Source: Octopus sinensis (taxonomy: Eukaryota). From it: 64,000 bases of DNA. The DNA lies in contig NC_043001.1 of the NCBI RefSeq assembly GCF_006345805.1, forward strand, positions 65,906,001-65,970,000, read 5' to 3'. Under the pieces are notes generated by a model. That model searched no databases and was not told the DNA's origin. It worked only from the letters and a program-made list of their open reading frames with translations. Made by a program: the position numbers and the translations under genes. The stretch's first letter is position 1, and each line of letters starts with the position of its first letter. Below are positions 13,358-24,923 of the stretch, piece after piece.

Positions 13358-14256
13358 TATATATTACATGGAAAAATACGAGTAAGAGAAATAATATTCC
13401 TAAGATTATAAACCTGAAAAAGTACAGGACAAGTTATTACACTTGGAAAAGTTCAGGACAAGTTATTACATCTGGTAAAGTACGGAACAAGTAAAGTTTT
13501 ACTTAAAATATTGTAGCTAAGGATAACATTTCAAATCAAATATTTAGATTTAGAAAATATGAGCTTTTATTAAATCTAAAAATGTTATTACAAGTTATTA
13601 CTTTTATTTGTTATTACTTGCTACTTCTATTAAAATTTTTTTTTAAATAACTCAAAATATTTTTTGCACTTATAGAAAATTCATTTTTTAAAATTATTAA
13701 TTAATAATTAGAAATTTGAAAATAGGTTATAAAAATAATAGTAGTGCATAATTAGTTAGCACAATAAATAGAATAATACAAAAGTTAGTAATATATTGCA
13801 GTAAAATCTACCTATAACAGCAAATTCACTGTAAAATTTGCTTCAGTTATTCCCTTATTGCCAAGTCTTCACATTTTAAGTTTTGAATGAATGCCTACTT
13901 TTTACACAATGAATTTGCCTACCATTTATACAATTCTACTTTGCATAAAACTTTAGCTATATTGGTACTTCTGGCTCTCATTTTTTAAGTATTCTAGTGT
14001 GTCAATAGTTTACTAAAATGATGGTGCCGTATTTAATCATAGTGTTACTTGGTAAATTAAAATCAAATAATGTTTAATATTCAAATTTTATCATTAGCTG
14101 CAATATTTTAAGTAAAAAGTTTCGTGTTCTGTACTTTACCAGATGTAATAACTTGTCCTGAACTTTTCTAACTGAAATGATTTGTCTTGTACTTATCCAT
14201 GTTTATAATCTTAAGAATATTATTGCTCTTGCTCGCATTTTTCCATATAATCCATG
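13358..14256. mobile_element. Fold-back/MITE-like element, ~900 bp, with ~165 bp imperfect TIRs containing tandem subrepeats
   Basis: 13358-13520 is the reverse complement of 14094-14256 (for example aaaagttcaggacaagttattacatctggtaaagtac). The caggacaagttattaca unit is repeated in each arm. Confidence 0.75.
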
Positions 14257-14435
14257 TTTTGCCAGGCTATGCTATTTTGCTAAAGGTGCCGTTGATAATT
14301 TTCCCCCTACAACAATGATGCTGGTAATATATATTAAAAGTCCCCTTATAGAACTATACCCATTAAAAAGTAAAGAACTATATTATCACACGCAAATTTG
14401 AGAAAAAAACACTCATAACTCTTTCTTTTAAAACT

Positions 14436-14628
14436 TCATTGCATGAATTTGATACTATGAAATTCCTCCAATTGAGCTCTATCATTTAAGCTTAATTAAA
14501 ATATAGTTTGCTTTGAAAATAAAAAAAAGTTTTTGTTGCATGGGATGAAAACTATGAAATTCCTCATGCTTTCTTCTATCATTGAAGCTAAGATAAATAT
14601 ATTTTGCTTTTAAAATAAAAAAGTTATT
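14436..14628. repeat. Diverged ~97 bp tandem duplication
   Basis: ttgcatg...actatgaaattcctc...tctatcatt.aagct...tttgcttt.aaaataaaaa occurs twice in tandem. Confidence 0.65.
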
Positions 14629-15260
14629 TAGATCTAAACTTGAATGGAGGCGTGAATTACTCTCCTATAACGTTGCTATAAATTTTGAGGTAAACTTTTT
14701 TCTGCTGGACTAAATCTCAGTTTTTTTTTAATGACAAAATGTAGCTAGGGACCGGTCCTCTTCAAAAATGCTAACAGTTTTCAATTTGGTTAAAAACTGA
14801 ATTAGTGACAAAGCCCCCTGAAGACGCTGCGTGTGAGTAAATTGCAGCCGTCAGAATATTATACAACTATAGCCGTAGTTGAATGATATAGTTGAGTGCA
14901 GGGAGTCATATTTTATGTAGCAACGTTAAAACAACGACTAAAAGAAATCTAACCTCTTGAACTTTCATTCATTTCAACCATTCCAGAGAAAGATCCCTTT
15001 CTACAGCCGGGCAACATGACAATTGACCAAAAATTTCAGCCATGCCAGAAAAGGCCCATTTTTGTCTTTCTTTCTTTCTTTCTTTCTTTCCTTCTTTTCG
15101 TTTCTTTTTCGTTCTTTCTTTCTTTCTTTCTTCTTATTTTCTCTATACCAAGCTCTCAAAATTTCGCCACACATATTTACACATACATACAAAGATACAT
15201 AAACATATATATAATGTATGTATATATATTGTGTGTGGTGTATATATATATATATATTAT

Positions 15261-15294
<34 letters not shown>

Positions 15295-15397
15295 CAGATA
15301 TAGAGTGAAATATAATTAATTTAATAAAATCAACAAATTTCACCTAGTAGTATTTCGGTTTGGAAAAGGACCATATTCGGTAAAAAATTATATAATT

Positions 15398-15766
15398 ATA
15401 ATAATAAGGGTTTTTTGCAACAAGTTGCTTAAACCACATACCGAAAATATTAAAAATAGCAGCCAAAGGACTACTATTTCCTTTTACTACAAAAATAAGT
15501 CTCCACAGTCAACAATATTTGTAACTCACATATGGCAAAAAAAGGAAGAAAAACAACGAAATCACACATAATCACGCATAATTAATCCGAAGACTGTGTG
15601 ATTTCGTTGATTTTCTTCTTTTTTTTGGCATATGTGAGTTACAAATATTGTTGTCTGTGGAGACTTATTTTTGTAGTAAAAGGAAATAGTAGTCCTTTGG
15701 CTGCTATTTCTAATATTTTCGGTATGTGGTTTAAACAACTTGTTGCAAAAAACCCTTATTATTATA
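15398..15766. repeat. Palindromic element with ~170 bp arms
   Basis: tataataataagggttttttgcaacaagttg... mirrored by ...caacttgttgcaaaaaacccttattattata. Partial copy at ~47455-47605; 73 bp miniature at 24816-24888. Confidence 0.9.
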
Positions 15767-15802
<36 letters not shown>

Positions 15803-15900
15803 TGTATGTATGTATGTATGTATGTATGTATGCATGCATGCATGTATGTATGTATGTATATATATATGTATGTATGTATATATATGTATATATATATATA

Positions 15901-16305
15901 GGCGCAGGAGTGGCTGTGTGGTAAGTAGCTTGCTAACCAACCACATGGTTCCGGGTTCAGTCCCACTGCGTGGCATCTTGGGCAAGTGTCTTCTGCTATA
16001 GCCCCGGGCCGACCAATGCCTTGTGAGTGGATTTGGTAGACGGAAACTGAAAGAAGCCTGTCGTATATATGTATATATATATAAGTGTGTGTGTATATGT
16101 TTGTGTGTCTGTGTTTGTCCCCCTAGCATTGCTTGACAACCGATGCTGGTGTGTTTACGTCCCCGTCACTTAGCGGTTTGGCAAAAGAGACCGATAGAAT
16201 AAGTACGAGCTTACAAAGAATAAGTCCCGGGGTCGATTTGCTCGACTAAAGGCGGTGCTCCAGCATGGCCACAGTCAAATGACTGAAACAAGTAAATGAG
16301 TAATG
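15901..16305 (+). mobile_element. tRNA-derived SINE family B, full length
   Basis: A-box-like tggctgtgtgg, B-box-like ggttcagtccc, central cttgggcaagtg block, internal microsatellite, 3' ...ggcggtgctccagcatggcc.cagtcaaatgactgaaacaagtaaa. Further partial copies at ~16500-16710, 20120-20230, 21352-21430, 24950-25365, 40490-40630, 45430-45650, 54081-54240. Confidence 0.88.
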
Positions 16306-16306
16306 A

Positions 16307-16340
<34 letters not shown>

Positions 16341-16713
16341 CGGGAAGCTTTATGAAAATAGACAAAAGACGAAGGCAGGTGGAAAACAAACAAACAATTG
16401 TATTAGTATGGCGCTCAGGAAATATATAATTTTAAAATAGTAAGAAAGAGACGTCATGCTTCTTTATTCATAGTCTAAAACGCTTCTAATCTGTCGATAT
16501 ATGTATTTGTGCGTCAGTGTTTATCCTCCAACCATCGCTTGACGACCGATCTTGGTGCGTTTACATCTCGGTAACTTAGCAGTACGGCATAAGGAAACGA
16601 TAGAATAAGTAGTAGGCTTACAAAGAATAAATCCTGGGGTCGATTTGTTCGACTAAAGGCGGTGCTCCAGCATGGCCGCAGTCAAATGACTGAAACAAGT
16701 AAAAGAGTAAAGA

Positions 16714-16762
<49 letters not shown>

Positions 16763-16879
16763 CTCAACAAGAGATGAAAGTGCTAAATAAGTAATTATCC
16801 AAAATCCCGACGCCCTTCTTTTTCTTAGCACGTTCACATACATACACACATTCACACACAAACATATATATGTATGCAA

Positions 16880-17320
16880 GTATTTCTCAACCGCATGGTT
16901 CCAGGTTCAGACCCACTGCGTGGTACCTAGGTCAGGTGTTTTCTATTATAACCTTGGGCCAACCAAAGCTTTGTGAGCGGATTTAGTAGACGGAAAGTGA
17001 AAGAAGCCCGTCGTATATATATGTACGTATGTATGTATGTATGTATGTATGTATGTATGTATGTATGTATGTATGTATGTATGTATGTATGTATGTATGT
17101 ATAGCTATGAGTAACTTTACGTCTGTGTTTATCCTCCCACCACCCATTGACAACCGGTGTTGATGTCTTTACATTCCCGTAACTTAGGAGTTCAGCAAAA
17201 CAGATCGACAGAATAAGTACCAAGCTTTAAAAAATATATACTTTTTTCGATTCATTCGACTAAAAATTTTTAAGGTGGTACCACAGCATGGCCGCAGCTT
17301 AATGACTGAAACAAGCAAAT
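16880..17320 (+). mobile_element. SINE family B copy
   Basis: Collinear with 15901-16305; expanded (TATG)n inside. Confidence 0.8.
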
Positions 17321-17425
17321 AATAAAATACACACACACACATATATGAGTGTGTGTATATATATGTATATTTATATATATGTATATATATATGTATATAT
17401 ATATATATATATATGTATATTTATA

Positions 17426-17473
<48 letters not shown>

Positions 17474-17477
<4 letters not shown>

Positions 17478-17697
17478 TGCAGCGTGGAAGGTGTTTGTAA
17501 GCCATTTAAGAAACACACAAAAGCCGTTCGATTCACCTCTCAGATGCAGCACGGATTTTTGTCAGTGAACAGGTCGCACATTCTAGGGACGAAAATATTT
17601 TGACAAATTAAAATTAAACTTAAATGTTGAAGTGAATCGAACGGCTTTTGTGTGTTTCTTAAATGGCTTACAAACACCTTCCACGCTGCAATTGTTT
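17474..17697. repeat. Palindromic element with ~62 bp arms
   Basis: caattgcagcgtggaaggtgtttgtaagccatttaagaaacacacaaaagccgttcgattcac and its reverse complement. Related sequence at 21800-21845 and 47740-47950. Confidence 0.85.
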
Positions 17698-17808
17698 TCG
17701 TTCCAGCACACGATCTCAGATCAAATCACTTGCTATGCGAGTACATCTCCGTAATTCCGAAAGCTTGAGCCAGGCTACCAAAACTCTGAGGACAGCCGTT
17801 ACTTATTG

Positions 17809-17852
<44 letters not shown>

Positions 17853-17975
17853 CAACAAGTAACGGCTATATATATATATAGTTAATCCAAACAAGAAAAC
17901 ACAAAAAAACACAGCAACGCGAGGACGTGGAACAAATAAAGTATTATTGGACGCTCAGGAAAGAAGGGAAGGAGG

Positions 17976-18010
17976 GTTTAACGTTTCGAGCGGAGCTCTT
18001 CGTCGGAAAC
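17976..18010 (-). ncRNA. Minimal hammerhead-like motif in a short (TA)n-anchored repeat
   Basis: gttt-CCGACGA-a-gagc(tcc)gctc-GAAA-cg-TT-aaac. More degenerate copy at 19961-19996. Confidence 0.5.
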
Positions 18011-18103
18011 AAAGGAGAAGGAAAGATCCCGAGAAGGGAAGACAGAGGGAAAAAAATTGCTGGCGGTGCTCACGAGGTCACATGTTGAAATATATATATA
18101 TAT

Positions 18104-18134
<31 letters not shown>

Positions 18135-18139
18135 CTACT

Positions 18140-18500
18140 AATATAGGATGAAGTTTTTTTACAGAAAAAAATTCCATCAAAAAATGTGGCAGCATATTAA
18201 AATACCTTTACGGTTAAAATTATAAACAACTTATAAATAAGGGCTAAAGAAAATTATTTCTGTGGCAATATGCTGATAACAGACTTTTACATCGTCAATT
18301 TCCACATATTATTTACTCGCTACAGAAAACACGCAGAGCTGAAAATCCAAGAAAATTCTATCGGCTGGCTTTCCTCGATTTTCAGCTCTACGTGTTTCTG
18401 TAGCGAGTAAATAATATGTGGAAATTGACGATTTAAAATCTGTTATCAGCATATTGGCATAGAAATAATTTTCTTTAGCCCTTATTTATAAGTTGTATAT
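18140..18500. repeat. Palindromic element (arms ~18226-18350 and ~18375-18498) with a non-palindromic left tail; related copy 44657-44885
   Basis: caacttataaataagggctaaagaaaattatttct mirrored by agaaataattttctttagcccttatttataagttg. The same left tail ataggatgaa...gtggcagcatat is present in both copies. Confidence 0.85.
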
Positions 18501-18802
18501 ATATATATGCGCACACATGTATATATATATTTATATATATTTATATACACACAAGTAAAGTTAATCGCCACATCAAAGTGGCTGTTCCATGTTATTACTA
18601 GTTTAACACCAGGCAGATCTTCCGCTAGCTGGTTATCTTTACTGGTTATATGTATATTTATTGATATACAAAACATACCTCCCTAAAGTTACACGCACGC
18701 ACACACACACACGCGCACGCACACACGCGCACACACACACGCACACACACACACGCGCACACACACACGCGCACACACACACGTGCACACACACACATAT
18801 AT

Positions 18803-19033
18803 AGGCGGCGAGCTGGCAGAAACGGTAGCACGCCGGGCGAAATGCGTAGCTGTATTTCGTCTGCCGTTACGTTCTGAGTTCAAATTCCGCCGAGGTTGAC
18901 TTTGCCTTTCATCCTTTCGGGGTCGACAAATTAAGTACCAGTTACGCACTGGGGTCGATGGAATCGACATAATCGCTTTGTCTGTCCTTGTTTGTCCCCT
19001 CTGTGTTTAGCCCCTTGTGGGTAGTAAAGAAAT
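18803..19033 (+). mobile_element. tRNA-derived SINE family A, full length
   Basis: ggcggcgagctggcagaaacggtagcacgccgggcg head, gagttcaaattcc B box, central block, 3' tail ctttgtctgtccttg...agccccttgtgggtagtaaagaaat. Other copies at ~39490-39690 (+), 49700-49850 (-), 55225-55380 (-), 62462-62678 (-), 62958-63122 (-). Confidence 0.85.
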
Positions 19034-19054
19034 ATATATATGTATGTTGGACTC

Positions 19055-19400
19055 GCATCAGAGCTTTCATGTGCCTGCAGTAGAGGGCCATGAATTACGT
19101 GGCGTAGAGGAAGCAAGGGAACTCTGTGCTACTCTACACATTGTTTTGTGACTAATGTCATTGTAGCTCCATAGACTCTTCTCGAGAGAACTTCTCAACT
19201 TCAAGTTTAGAAGGGTTAGTACATGTCACTGCACTGCCGAGATTGGTAAAGGCATCGGTGTACTTTAAGGACTTTCCTTGTATTATCATTAGCTCGGAAT
19301 CTTTTGATCTATTACGACATCTTAGTGGGTGCTGATAAAGCAGACTGAGAGCAAATAAGTTTTCTGCACAAGAAAACCGGTTCAAAATATGGTGCATGTC
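19055..19400 (-). mobile_element. RTE (BovB-like) LINE RT fragment
   Basis: RFSCAENLFAL...IIQGKSLKYTDAFTNLGSAV...LEVE and LYATYFMALYCRHMKAL resemble the RTE RT thumb region (FGL.IS..KT...F.YLGS...LLYG.E.W..YRRH.K.L). Confidence 0.65.
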
Positions 19401-19807
19401 TTCAATATGTATGTTGCTGTGGATTTTAAATTATTTTAAATTATTTTAAATGTCCTTAATTGTAAAGTTCGTGTATTCATCTAAAGACACAGTTTTTTTA
19501 TAATGATATTATGTACTCAATTATCAATTAAAAGTTCGTTAGGAACGGTCGTAATGTTTTGACACCTCTCTTTCAAGTGTTACTTATTTACTTTTAATTC
19601 ATCTAACTCAAATCATGCCACTCACGTTTTCTGAAGTATACTATTGACTGTATATTTAATAAAATGTACATGACTGCATACATCACCGGAATATCATTCT
19701 GAAAGTACTTCTGTACCAAGGCTGGTATTCATCCAGAATTTGTTGTGTGCATTTTATTCCCACCTAACTAGGTGCCTCAAATTAAGTACCTTATTCAACT
19801 GAATCTT

Positions 19808-19866
<59 letters not shown>

Positions 19867-20037
19867 TAATCCAAACAAAAAAGGACAAAAAGAAATACAA
19901 CGCGAGGACGTGGAACAAATATAGTATTATTGGACGCTCAGGAAAGAAGGAAAGAAAGAGGGTTTAACGCTTCGAGCGGAGCTCTTCGTCGTAAACATAT
20001 ATATATATATATATATACACACATACGTACATACATA

Positions 20038-20075
<38 letters not shown>

Positions 20076-20256
20076 TACATACATACATACATACATACAT
20101 ACATGCATACATACATATGCACAGGTGTGGTGGTGCGGTAAGAAGCTTGCTTCCCAACGACATCATTCTGGGTTCAGTCCCAAATTGTTGTGATTAGAAG
20201 TGGTAGATGGAAACTGAAAAAGGTCTGTGTATATGTGTGTGCATGTTTGTGTGTGT

Positions 20257-20304
<48 letters not shown>

Positions 20305-20359
20305 ATATGTATGTAAATATGTATATTTGTGTATATATATATATGTATATACATATACT

Positions 20360-20762
20360 CTCTTACTTGTTTTAGTCATTTGACTGCGGCCATGCTGGAG
20401 CACCGCCTTTGGTCGAGCAAATCGACCCCGGGACTTATTCTTTGTAAGCCGAGTGATTATTCTATCGGTCTCTTTTGCCGAACCGCTAAGTTACGGGAAC
20501 GTAAACACACCAGCATCGGTTATCAAGCAATGCTAGAGGGACAAACACAGACACACAAACACATACACACACACACATATATATATATACATATATACGA
20601 CAGGCTTCTTTCAGTTTCCGTCTACCAAATCCACTCACAAGTCATTGGTCGACCCGAGGCTATAGCAGAAGACAGTTGCCCAAGATGCCACGCAGTGGGA
20701 CTGAACCCGGAACAATGTGGTTGGTTAGCAAGCTACTTACCACACAGCCACTCCTGCGCCTA
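20360..20762 (-). mobile_element. SINE family B copy
   Basis: Reverse complement of 15901-16305. Confidence 0.85.
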
Positions 20763-21169
20763 TACATATATATATATATCCAGCGAACACCAACCAAAAG
20801 TCATCACAGTTACTCAAGGTAAAATCTAAAATGAATTCCTCGCTCTATCAGGAACACCAAATTTTTTATATTGACTGCATATCACCACTTTGATCTATTT
20901 TTTATATTGAATGCATATCACCACTATGAACCACTACATCATACTCTCTAAACATATAGCATGAACGAACTCACTTCACGATATATGAACTTTTGATGTC
21001 TGACTCTATTGTATATTATAAATGAATTTTTTATATTTGATAGCATGAACTATCTTTTTTTATATATAACTTTTTTTGATAAGGTTCTCAAGAACCGAAA
21101 CATGTTATAATGTATATATAAAAATTAAAAATTTGTCTACTATAGCAGCATTTTCGAACTTCATTTTTT

Positions 21170-21206
<37 letters not shown>

Positions 21207-21736
21207 GAATTTACAAAAAAACAAAAGCCGAAGACGGGTGTGTAAGCAACAAACAGATGTATTAGTTTCACGCTCGAGAAGTGAGGAAGTCTTTTACGTT
21301 TTGAGCCTTCGACAGAATGGAACACAGAAATAAGCAGGGAGAGAAAATAGAAAAAGTCGATTTGCTCGACTAAAGGCGGTGCTCCAGCATGTCCGCAGTC
21401 AAATGACTGAAACAAGTAAAAGAGTAAAAGAGAGAGTATATATATATATATATATATACACGCACACATATGAATACATCCACACACAAAGCGAGAAAGA
21501 GAGGCGAGTGGGATAATATCGGAAACCACACCTTGCTCGCCAGCGGAATCAAGTGATTATATTTATTATAGCCAAACAACATAAAATCATTTGCTTTTTG
21601 AGAGGAAGTTTAGCATTTACTGACAATTGTGAATATTTCTCATTTAATAAGGATTGCTTCATAAAGCAGACACACACTCATGGCTTATATACGCAGTGCA
21701 TCCACGAATATATGCAAACGCTCCTACCTACAAAAC

Positions 21737-21775
<39 letters not shown>

Positions 21776-21898
21776 TATATTGTAGTGAATCTAATGGTTT
21801 TTGTGTTTTTTAAATGGCTTATAAACACCTTCCACGCTGCAATTGTGTGTGTGTGTGTGTGTGTATGTATATATGTATATACATATATGTATATATAT

Positions 21899-21953
<55 letters not shown>

Positions 21954-22222
21954 TAGTAAAAAGTGAAAAAACTACAGAAGGCTTGTTTTAAAAGGTTAAA
22001 AAATATGAGTCATCATGTCAGAGGAATGTTATAAAATTTTTTTATACAGTGACATAGTTTTTGAAGAAATTACCGGTTTCTTGTTAACTTTTCAAATTTC
22101 TCAAAACATCGTGTTATGTCTTCGTTATGAAGTGCAAAAAAGAGTTCCAGGTAGGGGGAGGTAATAAGCGATTTCTTCCGGTATAAGGGAGATAATCGCT
22201 TTATATTTCTTTTCCCTTTTAT

Positions 22223-23880
22223 TTAATGGGGTGAGTTTCTCTGTATAAGAATGTTAGAGTTGTTAAGTTTGGGCTTATATTTTTCAATGAAGAATGTTTC
22301 CTTGTTTAGTCTAATTTGCGTTGGTGTTCCAATAGCACATTGATAAAATGGAAAGATTAAAAATTTTTGATAGTAGTTGCTTTGCACATTTCTCAATATG
22401 CTCACTAAAGGGTATCATTCTGTATTCTGGGAATGCAATCTGTTGTCGATGCAGAGTGCATCTACGTCTGAGTGATAGCCCCGTGGACCCCACGTAGTTT
22501 TTGTGGCAGCCCGAGCATCTTATGACATAAATTATGTTTTCAGAAGCACAAGTAAAATTAGATTTGATCTTGAATTTTTGTCCCTCTTTGAAGAGGAATT
22601 CTGATCCTTCTAGAAGGTCTGGGCATGTTGCGCAGTTTGGTCTACCACATTTTTTTACTTTTGCATCCGTAATTTCAGAAAACAATTTTGCCTTTGTGAG
22701 AATCTTTTTAAGTGATTTAGGTTGTTTGTAGCTTTTAATGATTTTATGTATGTTTAGAATTTCCTTTAATTTGGGGTCCTTATGAAGTATTGGTAAACTC
22801 TGGGTGATGATGGTGAAGGCTTCTTTGTTTCTGGGGTTGTATGTGGATATGTAAGGAAGTATTTTCGGGGAAGGTGTGTTGTTGTGTTGAACTTTTCTCA
22901 AAGTTTCTATGTCGATTTCTGTTGCACGTCTGATCCCATCCTCTATGAGTTGAGCTGGGTAGTGTCTGTCAATTAGGGTGATTTTGAGTTCTTGTAGTCT
23001 AAAGTTCCTGGTATTTTGTTCTGACACTATTGTGCATATCCTTCTTGCAAGGTTGAAAGGGATGTTTGTTTTAGTGTGTCTTGGGTGGCATGAATCAAAA
23101 AGTAGGTATTGTTTAGCGTCTGTGGCTTTGTAAAAAATGTCTGTTTCTATTTAAAGGTTAATTTTTTTAATTAGTATATCTAAGAATGGAAGCTCCTTTT
23201 GGTTGTATTCCATTGTGAACTATATATTTGGGTTGATGCTGTTCAATAGGTTTTTGAATTTTAGGAGTTTATCTGTGTTTTCATTCCAGAGTATAAAACA
23301 ATCGTCCAGGAATCGTTTCCAATTGTCTTTTATGTATTGAGAGAGGGGGTTTCCAAAGGTTGATAAAGATTCCTGGTATACAATTATTTCAAGGTAGCCC
23401 ATTGTTAGGTTCGCAATGACTGGTGCTGCCCTTGTACCCATAGCAATTCCGGATTTTTGACGGTAAAATGTATTGTCAAACATGAAGTGGTTATTATGTA
23501 GGATGAATTCTTTACTGATCCTTTTTGGTATTTCTTCCGGAAATTGGTCCAGCCAGAAGTGCATTGCCTCTAGTCCATAATTATGAGGTATACTGGTATA
23601 TAAATAACTACATCAAATGAAACCATGATTGTTTCTTCCTTGACTTTTTTTGGAAGGTGGTTTAACATATCCAAGTCATCTCTGATATGACTATCGATTT
23701 GTTTAAGGAAGGGTTTCAGGAGGATTTCCATAAATAGACTTAATATGTGTGTTTCACAGGTTGGGCCAGCTACAATGGGTCGTAGTTTTAGGTCCCCCGG
23801 GTTAGGTGTGTGTATGCATGTCTTTGGTGATTTTTTAATGGTTTCATTTATAATTTGGCTTTTATGCATTTTTGGGGTCC
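22223..23880 (-). pseudogene. PLE reverse transcriptase plus GIY-YIG endonuclease, frameshifted
   Basis: ORFs 23570-23893, 23220-23564, 22311-23027 and 22223-22405 are consecutive pieces of one RT-EN polyprotein. Confidence 0.9.
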
Positions 23881-24261
23881 ACGGGACTATCACTCAGACG
23901 TAGATGCGCTCTGCATCGACAACAGATTGCATTCCCAGAATACAGAATGATACCCTTTAGTGAGCATATTGAGAAATGCGCAAAGCAACTACTACCACAA
24001 TTTTAAATCTTTCCATTTTATCAATGTGCTATTGGAACACCAACACAAATTAGACTAAACAAGGAAACATTCTTTATTGAAAAATATAAGCCCAAACTTA
24101 CTCACTCTAACATTCTTATATAGAAAAACTCACCCCATTAAATAAAAGGGAAAAGAAATATAAAGCGATTATCTCCCTTATACCGGAAGAAATCGTTTAT
24201 TACCTCCCCCTACCTGGAACTCTTTTTTGCACTTCATAACGAAGACGTAACACGATGTTTT

Positions 24262-24300
24262 GAGAAATTTGAAAAGTTAACACGAAACCGGTAATTTCTC
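24262..24300 (+). ncRNA. Degenerate hammerhead in the PLE pseudo-LTR (mirror copy ~22064-22102, minus strand)
   Basis: gagaaat-TTGAAAA-gt(taac)ac-GAAA-ccgg-TA-atttctc: perfect 7-bp stem I and palindromic stem III, but two core substitutions. Confidence 0.5.
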
Positions 24301-24677
24301 CAAAAACTATGTCAATGTATGAAAAAATTTTATAACATTCTTCTGACATAATGACTCAAATATATTTTTTAACCTTTTAAAACAAGCCTTCTGTAGTTTT
24401 TTCACTTTTTACTTTTTTCTATATATTCAACCACGTGCTTTCACACACCAACTTTCTCTCCTATATATATATATATATATATAAATACACACACATATAT
24501 ATATATATATGGAAAAAAAATAGTTACCTGGGTAGCAAAAGTTGACACAAGTACCAAGGATGTAACAGCCAGCCTGTAAAGGTAGAAACATATGTCGGAA
24601 TTAAAAAGATTTGAATAACACCTGCGTTTAACTCCATGAATACACACACACAAACACATACACACACACACACACAC

Positions 24678-24719
<42 letters not shown>

Positions 24720-24815
24720 AATAATGAAGGGTGAAATTAATTAATTTGGAAAAATTATCAATTACACCAAGTAGTCTTCGGCATGTAAAAGCCTCATTCG
24801 AGGAAAATTTAAGTA

Positions 24816-24885
24816 ATACTAAGCAATAAGGGTTTAGCAACGAGTATGTGGTAAGGCAACTCGTTGCTAAACCCTTATTGCTTAG

Positions 24886-24888
<3 letters not shown>
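24816..24888. repeat. Perfect 30-bp hairpin, miniature relative of the 15398 palindrome
   Basis: atactaagcaataagggtttagcaacgagt / actcgttgctaaacccttattgcttagtat with a 13-nt loop. Confidence 0.85.

Positions 24889-24923
<35 letters not shown>

Larger units (their letters stand above)
21948..24420 (-). mobile_element. 5'-truncated Penelope-like retroelement with ~545 bp inverted pseudo-LTR
   Basis: RT motifs PKMHK, LRPIVAG, SFDV, GIAMGTRAAP and RFLDDCF, plus GIY-YIG endonuclease (CASENIIYVIRC...NYVG). 21948-22492 is the reverse complement of 23873-24420. Confidence 0.92.
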
